Below are positions 40,981 through 60,344 of a DNA stretch of 64,000 bases, piece after piece. Source of the stretch: the human T2T-CHM13v2.0 reference genome, Homo sapiens; the NCBI RefSeq assembly GCF_009914755.1, contig NC_060947.1; one strand, written 5' to 3'. The notes beneath the pieces were generated by a model. It saw only the letters and a list, made by a program, of their open reading frames with translations, was not told the DNA's origin and did not search any database. Made by a program: the position numbers and the translations under genes. The number at the start of each line of letters is the position of its first letter. The stretch's first letter is position 1.

Positions 40981-43539
40981 CCATCACAGTGATGGTTTCA
41001 AGGCAGCTTTTGGACTTCAAAACTGCTTTTCCATATTTTCAGAAATGTTCTTTCAACAAATAATGCCAAGAATAAAGGAAAAAGGGTTACCAAGTCCGGA
41101 AGAACATTTAAGCTGAATGTCGTGGAACGGCAGGGAATAACAGTCCAGGATTCTTAAATTAGAGAAATAAATTCCTAGGGAAAATGTCTGAGACAGTATC
41201 AGTAACAAAGTATTCCTTGTGACCATGCCACACTGGCTGCCCATTCTACGCTCTGCCTGTGTTCCTTTTTGTTTTAAAAATTGCTTTCGAGCCATGTGTA
41301 AGTACAGTTTCTTTTTCCTAAGCTAATGGCATCTTGTCTGCTCAACACTCACCCTCACCCCTGGCACAATCATGGGTACACATGCACATTTACACACCAC
41401 CATATGTCATATCCATAGACACTCAATACATGCTGGGACACATTTTACAATGGTCCTCTCGCTACCTTGCCCTGGTATCAACTCGATCTCTTTCTATCAC
41501 TTATTCTCACTTCATTAGAGGCATGGAACTGAGGCAGACATAGTGAATGGAGTTACTGTCTCCTTTATTTAGGAAAAAATGTCAATGTCAGAAGCAAAGT
41601 TTGACTCTGTGATGGCAATGATTGTTCCTGCTCGCAGCTGAAGAGGATGAGAGGAAACCCAGATTGGAAGTATTTATTCCCAAGGCTTTACTATAAGGAA
41701 ACAAGTAATTTTATCAGAAACAAGTAATCCATAATTTGCTGTACCTCAACTGCAGTGGTATGCTCAACTAGTAGAGTTCACATAGAAATACTTGGATCTG
41801 TTTGCAGGAGATTGCTTCTACCAGACTGGGCAAGGTGTGGTCTCAGAGTGCATTATCATTTAAACAAAGGATGCTATGAATCACAGATGACAGAACCAGA
41901 AAAACGCTTGCTCTAGTGTACAAAGTTTGGCTGATACTTAACCTTTGCTAGGGGAAAAGGAAAAAATTGCAGGCTGCTACACCGGCAGCCTAGAACACCT
42001 TTTTAACTACATTCAAGCCTTTTACTGTTACAGAACATTATTACTGTTAATACTGCCATGTGTGACTGAGAATTTGTACCACTGACTTACTGAAAAAGCA
42101 TCTTCTACTTAACAAATTCAAATAAATTTAATTCTATGTACTAGCAGAAGTAATTAAAAGCAAATGAATAAGGACTGCATAACTGCATAAATATTTCCAT
42201 AAATTCTTGCACAAAAGAAGGATAATGAGTGGACAATAGAATGCTAAAATATTAACAATGCATCATAAGAATTTAAAAAAAAATTTTTTTCCAAATCAGC
42301 AAGATGTACTAAAATGTAACTTTTATCATTATTAGAGCTTAAGTTCTCCTTCTAGAATTACCACTGACTCACTAAGGGCTTTGTGCTAATCATTCAATCA
42401 GATTTCACATTCATGATATTTATTCTGAAACAGCCTAATGGGGCTCAAGGACTAAAATAACCTCATTAATTAGATTCCCTCACATGGAGTCCAAGATGAA
42501 AACTATCAACACCAAATAGCACTCTACAGTTACAAAGATGTTTCATATCATTTCATATTTACAAAGGTATTTCATATCATTTCATGTTTAATTTTTATAA
42601 CTCTGGGGGTTAAAGTAGGTATTATTATTACTTTCTTAAAAAATGAGAAAACTGAGGTTTAAAAAGGTTAATTGGCCTGATAGAGTTCATTAAGTGTTAA
42701 ACTGGTCTCAGGACTCCAATTTTAGTGTTCTAGCACATAGTACAGTGCCTAACACATATGGGTATTCAATTAGCATTTGTTGAATTGAGTGAATGAATAT
42801 AGCATGCTACTTCTCCTAACTACACTTGACCTAATTTTACTCATTTGCAAACAGCCCTATAGTTGCATTCCAAAGTAGTTGATAAGGTCATTTACTTTCC
42901 AATAAGGAAGCAAAATGCCACTGTGAAAATAAATTTAGCCATCTATTTTGGTGACATAAGGCCCATGAGCTGAAAGAATAAGATATTCAATGTCCAGCTG
43001 TTATAAAGTTTGGAAAAAAGTTGGTAAAAATATTCGTATGGTTGCTTTAAAATGATGAACTGATTATCACTATTATTTTGTTGGGGAGGGACCTTTCAGT
43101 AAGGTTGCATGGAAAAGCAGATTAAAATTGGGAAAGGCATTTGAGTTCCCAACATGAAAATCAACAATGCCTCTTGTTATGCCTTTCATTCACAGACAGA
43201 GAAAAAGAAGTTTCAGAGTTGGCAGGGACCTTGGCAGTCACCTAGTCTAACTGCTGTCTCTTCCTCCCCTCCACTGCTGCCATTTTACTAGAAGTCACAG
43301 CTAATTAATGGCAGATCCAGCACTAGACCCCAGTCTTCTTACTGGCAGGACTCCTCATGGAAGCAGTTGGGGACTTATATTCTCTCTATAGGTGCCATCT
43401 AAAATTATTCATTTTAGTCTAAAGTCCTTCCTTAACCAAGGTGAGTACCATATAGCCCTGCTTGAAAATATAGGATTCCCTTACAGTACAGCTTAAGTGG
43501 CAATAGGTTGTGTTATGGTTAAATGCTTCTCTGGCCTTT

Positions 43540-43790
43540 TCAAACAACCAGAATAGTAGACTAAGAAGGGCTCTGGAGTCAAACTGTCTAGCATGACAAT
43601 CCTGCCCTGCCACTTACTGACTGTGCAGCTTTGGAAGAAAATTAACTCCTCGAACATTGATTTCTTTGTCCGTAAATGAGGATATTATCTACTTCACAGA
43701 GCTTTGTGGAACTTATATGAAACAATTCAAGCAAAGCATAGTCAACAGATAACCTGATACATAGCAAAAATACTCAGTAAAAATGAGTTG
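43540..43790 (+). mobile_element. MIR
   Basis: gggctctggagtcaaactg...ctgccacttactgactgtg...tactcagtaaa. Confidence 0.7.
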
Positions 43791-43869
43791 ACTTTTACTC
43801 ATTCTTCCTTACTTGTAGTTGCCCTAGATACCTGAGCTTAAACTGATCAAATAAACCTTGGATGACTTT

Positions 43870-44050
43870 CCTTTTATTCAATTAACATTTATTGAGCAAT
43901 TACTACATGCTAGGTTCTTGAAATACAGCAGTGAACAAAACAGACAAAAATCCAGGCCTTCATGGAGCTCACATTCTAGTAGCAGACACAGAAAATAAAC
44001 AAAATAAATAGGTAAAATATATAGTATGTTGGTGATTAAGTGCTTTGTCC
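43870..44050 (-). mobile_element. L2a 3' end (antisense)
   Basis: acatttattgagcaattactac...cagcagtgaacaaaacagacaaaaatcc...catggagctcacattctagt. Confidence 0.8.
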
Positions 44051-44946
44051 AAATACAGGAAGTACATTAGGTATGTTAGCAAAAGCTGTGACCTCATTTT
44101 CTAGGAAACATTTGGTGTCTCTTACCTTCCTCACCTGTTTTTTTTTAGAGCTAAGACAACAAAAACTAAGACTTCTTTACATAGCCCCTTCTAATCTTGG
44201 GATATAAAGGTAAATGGCATAAAATATGGATAGGTGAGTTGTGTATGTGAATGGGTTAGAAGGTATTACTGGTAATTGAATTATTCAGAAAGCAAGTTCC
44301 AATATTTAGCCATAAAACTGGAATTAAAAATGTGTACAAAAATACCACCAATTAGGTTAAAAGGAGGGCATATGCAGCGTTGGAAAGAAATTTCAAAATC
44401 TGTAACATCTGTAAAGCTGGCAGAGATTGTTACTGATTGTAGCAGGAAGGGGTAGATCCCAAACTCTGGCAAACGTGATTTGGGTGGGATAGCAAATAGC
44501 CTAGCAAGACTAAAAAATCGTTTTGAGAATAACCCTATATCATAAGGACCTCTCCTTAATTTATGTTCTCCAAGCACTTTCAGTCTCTATCATCTTATTG
44601 AGCTATGAAATGTATAGATGTTCATTTCGTATATTGTCTCTCACTTCACAGAACTAGAGAGACTAAACTACTAATTTTATATCTTTCTTAGTATATCATA
44701 GAATGCACATTTATGGTAGGCTACTAATTGACCTTGTATGTGATATAAAGACCAATACATTTTTAGTTATTTTTAATTACAAAGTCTGGTCAATATTTTC
44801 TTCAAGATCCTCTGGCCTGGAAGTGAGTTTCTGTTATGTTCCTATTGAGCAACAAGAAATAGTGACAAAGGTGACAAATGCAACAAATGACAATGTTCAT
44901 GAGAGTTTTATTAAGTTTATTAACAGAGACATACTGCTTTACTTAC

Positions 44947-45037
44947 CTGAAGATATCAGAAAATTACAATTTGTTTCATCTTTGTTGGTAGCTGCACTAG
45001 CTGTTCCATTACAGAGGAGGAGTTGATTTATGTGCAG
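44947..45037 (-). other. Candidate 91-nt alternative (cassette) exon
   Basis: Acceptor ggttcattgtgttttcaacag|CTGCAC and full-consensus donor TTCAG|gtaagt in non-repeat sequence. No transcript evidence available. Confidence 0.45.
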
Positions 45038-45512
45038 CTGTTGAAAACACAATGAACCAGTCACCACAATTTTAACAAGTGTTAATGCTGGCATATCCAC
45101 TTCAGATAGCATTTATAACACTGTCATGAAGAAAGTTTACAGTATACTACCTAAAGTAATGATGCTAGTTCCACATTTGCCAAATTTGGTGTCACTACTA
45201 TAGTACTGGATTCTACTGGGATGACAATAAAAATTCACTCTTTCATGGTCCTTTAAACAAGGCCAAAGCATATGTCCAAGATCGATGTTTTTTTATTCTC
45301 CCCAAAGTAAGCTTTATAACACTTGGACTGGGAAAAAACAAAGTTTGTTTTATTATCCACAATTAAGTCCCTCCTTAGATTTGTCTCCCTCTTCTCATTC
45401 TTTATGTATTAAAATTGTGAGTAGAACAATTTAGTCATAGTTACAATTAGGAAAGGGGTACATTTTTACTACAAGTTAAAGTTAAGTCTTCACCCCCAAG
45501 AAAGTTACAAAA

Positions 45513-45560
45513 TGTGTGTCGTGTGTGTGTGTGTGTATGTGTGCATGTGCGTGTGTGTAT
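45513..45560. repeat. Alternating purine-pyrimidine (TG)n-type tract
   Basis: tgtgtgtcgtgtgtgtgtgtgtgtatgtgtgcatgtgcgtgtgtgtat. Confidence 0.9.
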
Positions 45561-45939
45561 CTGCAGAAAAGAGGTAGACAAGGAGCAATAATACAATGTG
45601 ATACATACTTAAAAAGCACCAAAAAATGGAGCGAGATGATTGAAAGTGGAAAGACCTGAGCTAAATGGTGGACTAGAGCTTCTTGCACTCCTCTCCCCAC
45701 AGAAACATCAATTTGAACAACTACCTACACACAAAAATACCTACCCAAGAGTGAAGGAAACCAGGTGAGAGATGACAGCACTTTGGTGGAGCTCAGAAAT
45801 AAGAAATGATACACGGAAGAGTGTAAGACAGACAGTTTTATACTACCCACGTCAATCCCTCTCCCAACCCCATGCAGCACAGTATGGAAAGATACCCTCT
45901 GCTTGGTAGAAGAGGAGGGAAGTGAGCACCAGACGTTAC

Positions 45940-47270
45940 CTTGGACCCCAACACCAGGCTGCCTCAGTAAATCCCACTGCTGGGCAGGCTCCCATGGACC
46001 CAGACTTTAGGCTGGTACTCACAGACTGAACCTCTAAGCCCACCATGGCATCAGGATAGCTCCCACAGACTCAATATCCAGCCACGACATGTAGACTCAG
46101 TCTCCAGGTCCACCGCAGGGCTAGGCCAGCCTCAGTAGCCCCAGACTTCAGACTGCCCCCAGCACCAGGCTGGCCATGATGGCCCTAGGCTTCAGGCCCA
46201 CCATAGCACCAGGTCAGCCCCCACAGTCCTATTCATCAGGCCAACACTCCTGGATATAGCCTCTAGGACTGCCCAGTGCCAGGCCAGCTCCTGAAGCCTC
46301 AGACTCCAGGCCTATTCCAGGCTTCAGACTAACCCACAGCTAAGTAGGCCCATGTAGTCTTAGGTTTCATGCCTGCCCCAATGTCAGGTCAGCACCCTGA
46401 CCTCAGGCACTAGGCTAGACCCCATGAACATAGGTTTCAGGCCTGCCCAGTGCCAGGCCAAGTCCCTGTGGGCCCACCATCCAGGCCTGTCCCTGTGGCC
46501 CACTGCTTCTTCAGCAAACCCATGGTCCAGGCCTGCCCCAACAGACGAAGGGTCCAGGCCTATCCCAGTAGACCCAAGCACTGGGCCAGCCCTGACAGAC
46601 CCAGGCGTCAGGCCAGCCCCACAGTCCCACGTTGCAAACCATCTCCACTAGCTCCAGGAACCAGGCTGGCCCCTGCACACCTAAGCTCTATGACTGCCCC
46701 AGCATCAGACTAGCCTCAGGTTCAAGGCTAGTCTCTGTTACCCAAGGCTTCAGCGGCCTTAGGGACCAGGCCTGCTTCAGAAAACCCAGGGTACTGCCCA
46801 CCCCAGTAGACCCTGGTTCCAGGACAGCCCCCAATGGACCAAGGCTCTAGAATCACCCCTGCAGACTCAGGCTCTAGGCCAGTCCCTGTGAATTCAGGCT
46901 ATCTGCCTACATGAGTGGTCGCAGGTACTAGGCTCACCACAGTGCCAGACCAGCCCTCAAGGACTCAGGCTTCAGGCTCATCCCAGTGGACCCAGATGCC
47001 AGGCCCATCCCAGCATCTGGCTAGCCCCTGCAGACTCAGGTGCAAGGCCCAGCCCAGCACCAAGCCAGCCCCTGGGACTCAGGCTTTAGGCCAGCCTCCA
47101 AGGATACAGTTTCCAGTCCTACCCTAATGGACTTAGGCTCCAGGTTTATTCAAGTAGACTCAATCAACAGATACGCCACAGTGAATCCAGACTCCAGGCT
47201 CAACCCCAACCAGCCAGGCACTAGGTCCATCCACCTGCTGACCCAGGCACCAGGCCAGCCTGCTCAAAGA
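45940..47270 (+). repeat. Degenerate GC-rich tandem array (CCAGGC-anchored ~26-bp and ~18-bp subunits) within the L1M 5' region
   Basis: Recurrent ccaggccagccccagtggacccaggct / ccaggcctgccccagca-like units. Confidence 0.85.
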
Positions 47271-48706
47271 CTCCAAGAGCAAGCCTGCCTGTGGATCACA
47301 CCAAATGGTCTTCCCAGAATCTCTAAATGGACTGACTAGTGAAGGGCTTTTGGAGACGAAGCCAGTTTACAAAACTAGAATAAGCCCATACTTTTTTAAA
47401 TGTGCAGATACCAATCCAAAAATATCAATAATGATCAAGGAAATACAATCCCACCAAAAGAACAAAATAAAGCTCCAGTAGCCAACTCTAAAGATATAAA
47501 GATTTATAATATGTCTGACAAATAAGTCAAATTGTTTTAAGAAAGCTTAGCAAACTTACAAAACATACAGAGAAACAATTCATTGAAATAAAAAAACAAT
47601 AAATGACCAAAATGAGAAACTAAAACATTTAACAGAGATTGAAATTATTAAACAAACAAACAAACAAACAAATTCTGGAGCTGAAAAATACAATGAATTA
47701 AATGAAAAATGCAATACAGAGAGTCAACAGCAGGCTTGATCAGGCAGGAGAATGTGTGAACTTGAAGGCAGGTTATTTGAAAATATACAGTAAGAGGAAA
47801 AAAAAGAATGAAAATAAAGGATGCGAGCTCACAGGATTTATGGGGTAGCATCAATAGAGCAAACATTAGTTATAGAAATTAAAGTAGAAGAGAAAGATGA
47901 CAAAGGGGTATAAAGCTTATTGCTTAAATAAAATAGTAGAAAACTTTCCAAATCTGGGAAAAGATATAAATAACCAGGTAAAAGAAGATCAAAAGTCTCA
48001 AATCAGATTCAATCCAAAAAAGACTATACTCAGACATATAATCAAACTGTCAAAAAGCCAAGACAAACAGGGCATCCTGAAAGCAATAAGAGAAAAGAGG
48101 CAAATCACATATAAGGGAAATTCAGTAAGGCTAGCAGTGGATTTCTCAGCAGAAACGTTACAGGCCAGGAGAGAGCAGCATAATATATTTAAAGAGTTAA
48201 AGAAAAAAGAAACCTAGCAACTAAGAATAAACTTTACACAGCAAAGCTGTCCTTCAAAAATGAGATTCAAAGCATACCACTAAAGGAAATCACTTCATCA
48301 CAAAAGAAGATGGCAAGAGAGGAAGAAAGGAATAACGGATCTGCAAAACAACCAGAAGACAATGAACAAAATGGCAGTAGTTAATTCTTACTTATCAATA
48401 ATTACCATGAATGTAAATGAAAGAAATGAACAAGAAACAAATAAATGGAAAGATATCCCATGTTTGTGGATTAAAATAATTAACATTCTTAAAATGTTCA
48501 TATTACCAAGGCAATCTACAGAGTAAATGCAATCCCTATCAAAATTTCACAGACATTTTTTACAAAAATCGAAAAATCAATCCTGAAATTTGTGCGGAAC
48601 CACAAAAGACCCCAAATAAAGCATCCTGAGCAAAAAGAACAAAGTTAGGGGCAGCACACTACCTGACTTCAAAATGTACTACAAAGCTATAGTAACTAAA
48701 AGAGCA

Positions 48707-48942
48707 TAGGTTGAGTATCCCTAATCTGAAATTCTGAAATCTAAAACACTCCAAAATCCAAAATTTTTTGAGCAGTGACATGACGCTAAAAGAAAATGCT
48801 CATTGGAGTATTTCAGATTTCAGATTTTTGAATTACGAACGCTTAACCAGTAGGTATAATGCAAATATTCCAAAATCTGAAAAATCCCCAAATCTGAAAC
48901 ACTTCTGGTCCCAAGCATTTTAGATAAGGGATACTCAACCTA
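48707..48942. mobile_element. Tigger4a/MER46A-type MITE (236 bp) inserted in L1MA ORF2
   Basis: Terminal inverted repeats taggttgagtatccct / agggatactcaaccta. Confidence 0.9.
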
Positions 48943-49222
48943 CACTGGCATAACAACAGATACATATACCAATGGAACAAAATAGAGAGCTTAGAAATAA
49001 ATCCATTCCTTTAAAGTCAATTGATTTTCAACAAACGTGCCAAGAACACGCAAGGAGAAAGGACAGTCTCTTCAATAAATGGTGCTGGGAAAACCGTATA
49101 TGCACATTCAGAAGAATGACATTAAACCTTATCTTACACATATACAAAAATCAATGCAATATGGATTAGGGACTTGAATGTAAGACCTAAAGCTATAACA
49201 TCACTATAAGAAAATGAAGAAA

Positions 49223-55651
<6,429 letters not shown>

Positions 55652-55663
55652 AAAACAAAGAAA

Positions 55664-56890
55664 AAAGGCACCATGACATTGGTCTGGGCAATGATTTTAG
55701 GGATAGGACCCCAAAAGCACACAACAAAAACAAAAATAGACAAATAGGATACACATCAATCTAAAAAGCTTCTGCATAGCAAAGGAAACAATAGACTGAA
55801 GGGACAACCTACAGAATGGGAGAAAACATTCGCAAACCATTTATCTGATAAGGAATTACTATCCAAAATATGTAAGGAATTCAATTCAATAGCAGGAAAA
55901 TAACCCGATTTTAAAAATGGACAAAGGACCTGAATAGACATTTCTCAAAAGAAGACATTCTGATAGCCAACAGGTATGTGAAAAGATGCTCAATGTTACT
56001 AATTATCAGGGAAATGCAGATAAAACCACAATGAGTTATCACCCCACACCTGACAGAATGGCTATTATCAAAAAGATGAAAGATAACATGTGTTAGTGAG
56101 AATCTGGAGAAAAGGGAGTGCTTGCACATTGTTGGTGGTAATATAAATTAGTATAGCCATTATGGAAAAGAGTATGGAGGTTCCTCATAAAATTAAAAAT
56201 AGAACTACCATATGACCTAGCAATCCCACTTTTAGGTGTCCATCCAAAGGAAATAAATTCAGTATGTCCAAACAGGTATCTACACTTCCATGTTCATTGC
56301 AGCACTATTCATTATAGCCAAGATGTGGAATCAACCTAAGTTTCCATCAACAGATGAATAAAGAAAATAAGGAAAATATATACAAAAGAATTCTATTCAG
56401 CATTTAAAAGGAAAGAAATCTTGTCATTTGCCAACGACATGGATGAAAGTGGAGAACATTACGTTAAGTGAAATAAGCCAGGCACAGAAAGACAAATACC
56501 ACATGATCTCACTTATATGTGGAATCTACAAAAATTAAACTCACAGAAGCAGAGTAGAATGGTGGTTACCAGGAAGTGGTTGGGGGATGAGGAGTTGAGG
56601 ATATTATGGTCAAAGGGTGCAAAATTTCAGTTAGAAAGGAGGACTAAATTCAAGAGATCTATTGTAAAACATGGTGACTACAGTTAATAATAATGTATTC
56701 TTGAAAATCACTAAGAGAGTACATTTTAAGTGTTCTCACCACAAAATATGTTAAGTATGTGATGTAACACATATGTTAATTAGCTCAATTTAGTTATTCC
56801 ACAATTTATGCATATTTCAAAACATCATGTCATTAAATATATACAACTTTTATTTGTTAATTAAAAATAAAATTTTTTTTAAAAAAGAAA
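55664..56890 (+). mobile_element. 3' part of the host L1MA (L1MA7/8-like) element
   Basis: ccatgacattggtctgggcaatgatttt continues the ORF2 interrupted at 49222; L1MA 3'UTR (caagagatctattgta...gtgttctcaccaca) and A-rich tail. Confidence 0.88.
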
Positions 56891-56962
56891 AGAAATGACT
56901 AATTCTCTGGGGAGGGGTGACCTCTTCAGTAAGTTATGTTTGAGCTCATTCTTAAAGAATAA

Positions 56963-57504
56963 CTGGGTATATACCCAAATGACTATAAATCATGCTGCTA
57001 TAAAGACACATGCACACGTATGTTTACTGCGGCATTATTCACAATAGCAAAGACTTGGAACCAACCCAAATGTCCAACAATGATAGACTGGATTAAGAAA
57101 ATGTGGCACATATACACCATGGAATACTATGCAGCCATAAAAAATGATGAGTTCATGTCCTTTGTAGGGACATGGATGAAATTGGAAACCATCATTCTCA
57201 GTAAACTATCGCAAGAACAAAAAACCAAACACCGCATATTCTCACTCATAGGTGGGAATTGAACAATGAGATCACAAGGACACAGGAAGGGGAATATCAC
57301 ACTCTGGGGACGGTGGTGGGGTCGGGGGAGGGGGGAGGGATAGCAGTGGGAGATATACCTAATGCTAGATGACGAGTTAGTGGGTGCAGCACACCAGCAT
57401 GGCACATGTATACATATGTAACTAACCTGCACAATGTGCACATGTACCCTAAAACTTAAAGTATAATAAAAAAAAAAATTAAAAAAAAATAAATAAATAA
57501 AAAT

Positions 57505-57541
<37 letters not shown>
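56963..57541 (+). mobile_element. Young 5'-truncated L1 (L1PA2-like, GAG/A haplotype) with long A-rich tail
   Basis: gatgacgagttag and cttaaag diagnostics; identical TSD aaagaataa (56954-56962, 57542-57550); tail of roughly 75 nt. Confidence 0.92.
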
Positions 57542-57547
<6 letters not shown>

Positions 57548-57558
57548 TAAGTAGGGCA

Positions 57559-57866
57559 GGCCAGGCGCAGTGGCTACTGCAGGTAATCCCAGCACTTTGG
57601 GAGGCCGAGGCAGGTGGATCACTTAAGTCCAGGGGTTTGAGGCCAGCCTGGGCAAAATGGCAAAACCCCGTTTCTACAAAAAACAAAAAAAATTAGACAG
57701 GCTTAGTGGCAAGCATCTGTAGTCCCAGCTACTCAGGCAGCTGAGGCAGGAGGAATTGCTTGAGCTCAGGAGGCAGAGGTTGCAGTGAGCCGAGATCGCA
57801 CCACTGCACTCCAGCCTGGGTGACAGAGTGAGACTCCGTCTCAAAAAAAAAAAAAAAAAAAAAAAA
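57559..57866 (+). mobile_element. Alu (AluJb/old AluS-like)
   Basis: Full dimer; TSD agaataagtagggca / agaataagtagaaca. Confidence 0.93.
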
Positions 57867-58016
57867 GAGAGAGAATAAGTAGAACACAGAGGAGAGGAAG
57901 TGAAACGAGAGCAGAGCATTTCAGGCCAGACGGACTGCTGGAGCAAAGGCACAAAGTGCACAGAATGCAAAAGTAAATTCAAGGAAAAGTTAATGTTCCT
58001 GTAAGGCTTGAATGTA

Positions 58017-58792
58017 CAGATGGTCCTTGACATATGATGGTTTGACTTATGATTTTTCAACTTCACAATAGTGCGAAAGCAACATCGTTCAATAGAAATA
58101 CTACTTCAAATTTTGAATTTTGATATTTTCCGAGGCTAGCAATATGTGGTACAATACTTTCTTGACATGCCAGGCAGCAGCAAAAAGCCATTCTGTTTTT
58201 CACTTTCAATACAGTGTTCAATAAATTGCATAAGATATTCAATAATTTGTAGGGACATGGATGAAGCTGGAAACCATCATTCTCAGCAAACTATCCCAAG
58301 GACAAAAAACCAAACACCGCATGTTCTCACTCCTAGGTGGGAACTGAACAATGAGAACACATGGACACAGGAAGGGGAACATCACACACTGGGGACTGTT
58401 GTGGGGTAGGGGGAGGGGGAAGGGATAGCATTAGGAGATATACCTAATGCTAAATGATGAGTTAATGGGTGCAGCACACCAACATGGCACATGTATACAT
58501 ATGTAACAAACCTGCACGTTGTGCACATGTACCCTAAAACTTAAAGTATAATAATAATAAAAAAAGAAAAAAAAAGATATTCAATACTTTATTATAAAAT
58601 GGGTTTTGTGTTAGGTGATTTTGCCCAACTGTAGGCTAATATAAGTGTTCTGAGCACATTTAAAGTAGTAGGCTAGACTAAGCTGTGATGTTTGCTAGAT
58701 TAGGTATATTAAATGCATTTTTAACTTACAATATTTTCAACTTATAATGTGTTTATTGGGATGTAACCCCATTGTAAGTCAAGGAGCATCTG
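58017..58792 (-). mobile_element. MER47/Tigger5-family MITE split by an L1
   Basis: TA|cagatggtccttgac ... gtcaaggagcatctg|TA inverted termini with TA duplication. Confidence 0.88.
58245..58573 (+). mobile_element. 5'-truncated L1PA4/5-like 3' end
   Basis: L1 3'UTR; identical 13-bp TSD aagatattcaata (58232-58244, 58574-58586). Confidence 0.92.
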
Positions 58793-59984
58793 TAATGTAA
58801 AAGGGTGCTGACGGGTAGAGTGACCATGCCTATCCTTTTATTTTACTATGAGACTTGGATGCTAACTGTCTTCTTTCATAGTTTAATCAGCATCACCTGG
58901 AAGTCTAACAGAAGAACACCCACACTAAACTCCTCTAACAAAACCAGGCTACTGGCAGATATATAGAGGGGCAGAAAATCTGCAAAATAAAAGATAATCA
59001 GGAAAAATAAATGGGACAATGAAAAGTATAGAAATGATTTTTAAAGGATGCTCACCTCAAACACACCTGAGAGAGTGTTGGTGAGTGGCAGCAGACCTTA
59101 GGGGATAGGATGGCTGTTTCTGATAAGGATTCGAGCCGAGAATACCAGAAGCACAGTCTTATATGAAAAAAATCTAAAAAAATCTTCTAGTAGTGGCTTT
59201 CACTGCAAAATCAGAGCTTTCACATGGAGGCAGCATGCAAAAGACAGCCATTTGCCAATAGAGATCAAAAGTCATGATACAGATCATCTTTAAATGCAAA
59301 GGGCAATAATTTATAAGTCAGATGCTGCTGATGTATGCATTTGACCAAGAGTCACATATTTGCCAGCCCACATCCACATATTAGACCTTCTGTTCTTTAT
59401 TAAAATAATATATTTTTCTGACTTTTTGGAACACAGGTCACCAACTTTGGTGTTACAGAATGGTCTTGGAGCTTCCTCTCCAAATATACTTCACTATCCT
59501 CACTCCCTCTTCCCTCTCTGATCTTTTACAACTTATCTTTCTTCTTCATTATTTTTTCTTCTCTTAGCTTATGTCTTCCGAGAGCATCTATGGGAATTAT
59601 CTGGGGCACTACCAATGACACTCAAGGGTTGAAAGAGACTACAGATGTGTACGAAAAGCCCTCCAAGAGATATTAGTAGAATTCCTTAAAAAATCTGCAT
59701 GATCTGGAATTGGAAAAATTCTTAATGAACATTTGAAATCATTAGAATACATTTAACTCATTATTTCTCATGCCATAAAACTATTAGAGCTGGAGTGGCC
59801 TTAGAGACTATAAAACAATTTCTTCACTTTATATTTGGGAAAAATGAGAAGAGAGGTGAAATTATTTATCCAAGGCAAATAGCTGTTGATAAAGGAACTG
59901 ACAGATTTCTTAGGAAATGGCTTTTTTCCAGGTTGAAAGAAATATACCGAATTATTTACCTAGCTTCCTTTTTATTGCAGAAAA

Positions 59985-60105
59985 AAACACAAATAACATG
60001 ATATCTACCCTCTTAACAAAATTTTAAATGTACAATAGAGTATTGCTAACTACCTGTACATTGTTGTACAGCAGATGTCTAGATCTTTTTCATCTTCCAT
60101 AACTT
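59985..60105 (-). mobile_element. L1MA/MB 3' terminal fragment
   Basis: aacatgatatctaccctcttaacaaaattttaaatgtacaat...ttgtacagcagatgtctaga. Confidence 0.75.
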
Positions 60106-60344
60106 TAGTTAGTTTTCTTCAAGGGTCTACTGAAGTTACATTTTTAGTGATAGCAACTCTCGTACATTTGCAGGTAACTTCCAAAGCTTATTTTATGTGA
60201 AGTCATATCAATATAATCTGGTGTCTTACTTCAAGTTGCTTCATTTTAATTTAATGAGAAGTATTCCAGGTTGTGTGAGAATGATACTCTCTTTTACACA
60301 GTTTTATATTTAAAGAATAGGACCTTGATATATTTTATTCCAGT

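Larger units (their letters stand above)
45640..49222 (+). mobile_element. Old L1MA-class element, 5' part (5'UTR with tandem array, ORF1 remnant, internally deleted ORF2)
   Basis: L1M-type 5' end (atggtggactagag...cacagaaacatcaatttgaacaact). ORF 47897-48217 is ORF1-like (ENFPNL, RQITYKG, DFSAETLQARRE). ORF2 text resumes at 55664. Confidence 0.85.

Noticed and set aside
44375-44530. Possible ancient DNA-transposon remnant; also possible CR1/L3 remnants near 32220-32360, 34260-34440 and 59580-59830
   Set aside because: Similarity too faint to assign by eye; needs RepeatMasker/nhmmer.
45940-47270. CRISPR-like array or repetitive protein gene
   Set aside because: Units are degenerate with no unique spacers and no cas genes; the context is an L1 5'UTR in a primate genome, and the ORFs are short and occur in all frames.
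57306-57340. G-quadruplex-capable G-rich tract
   Set aside because: Standard feature of every young L1 3'UTR, not locus-specific.
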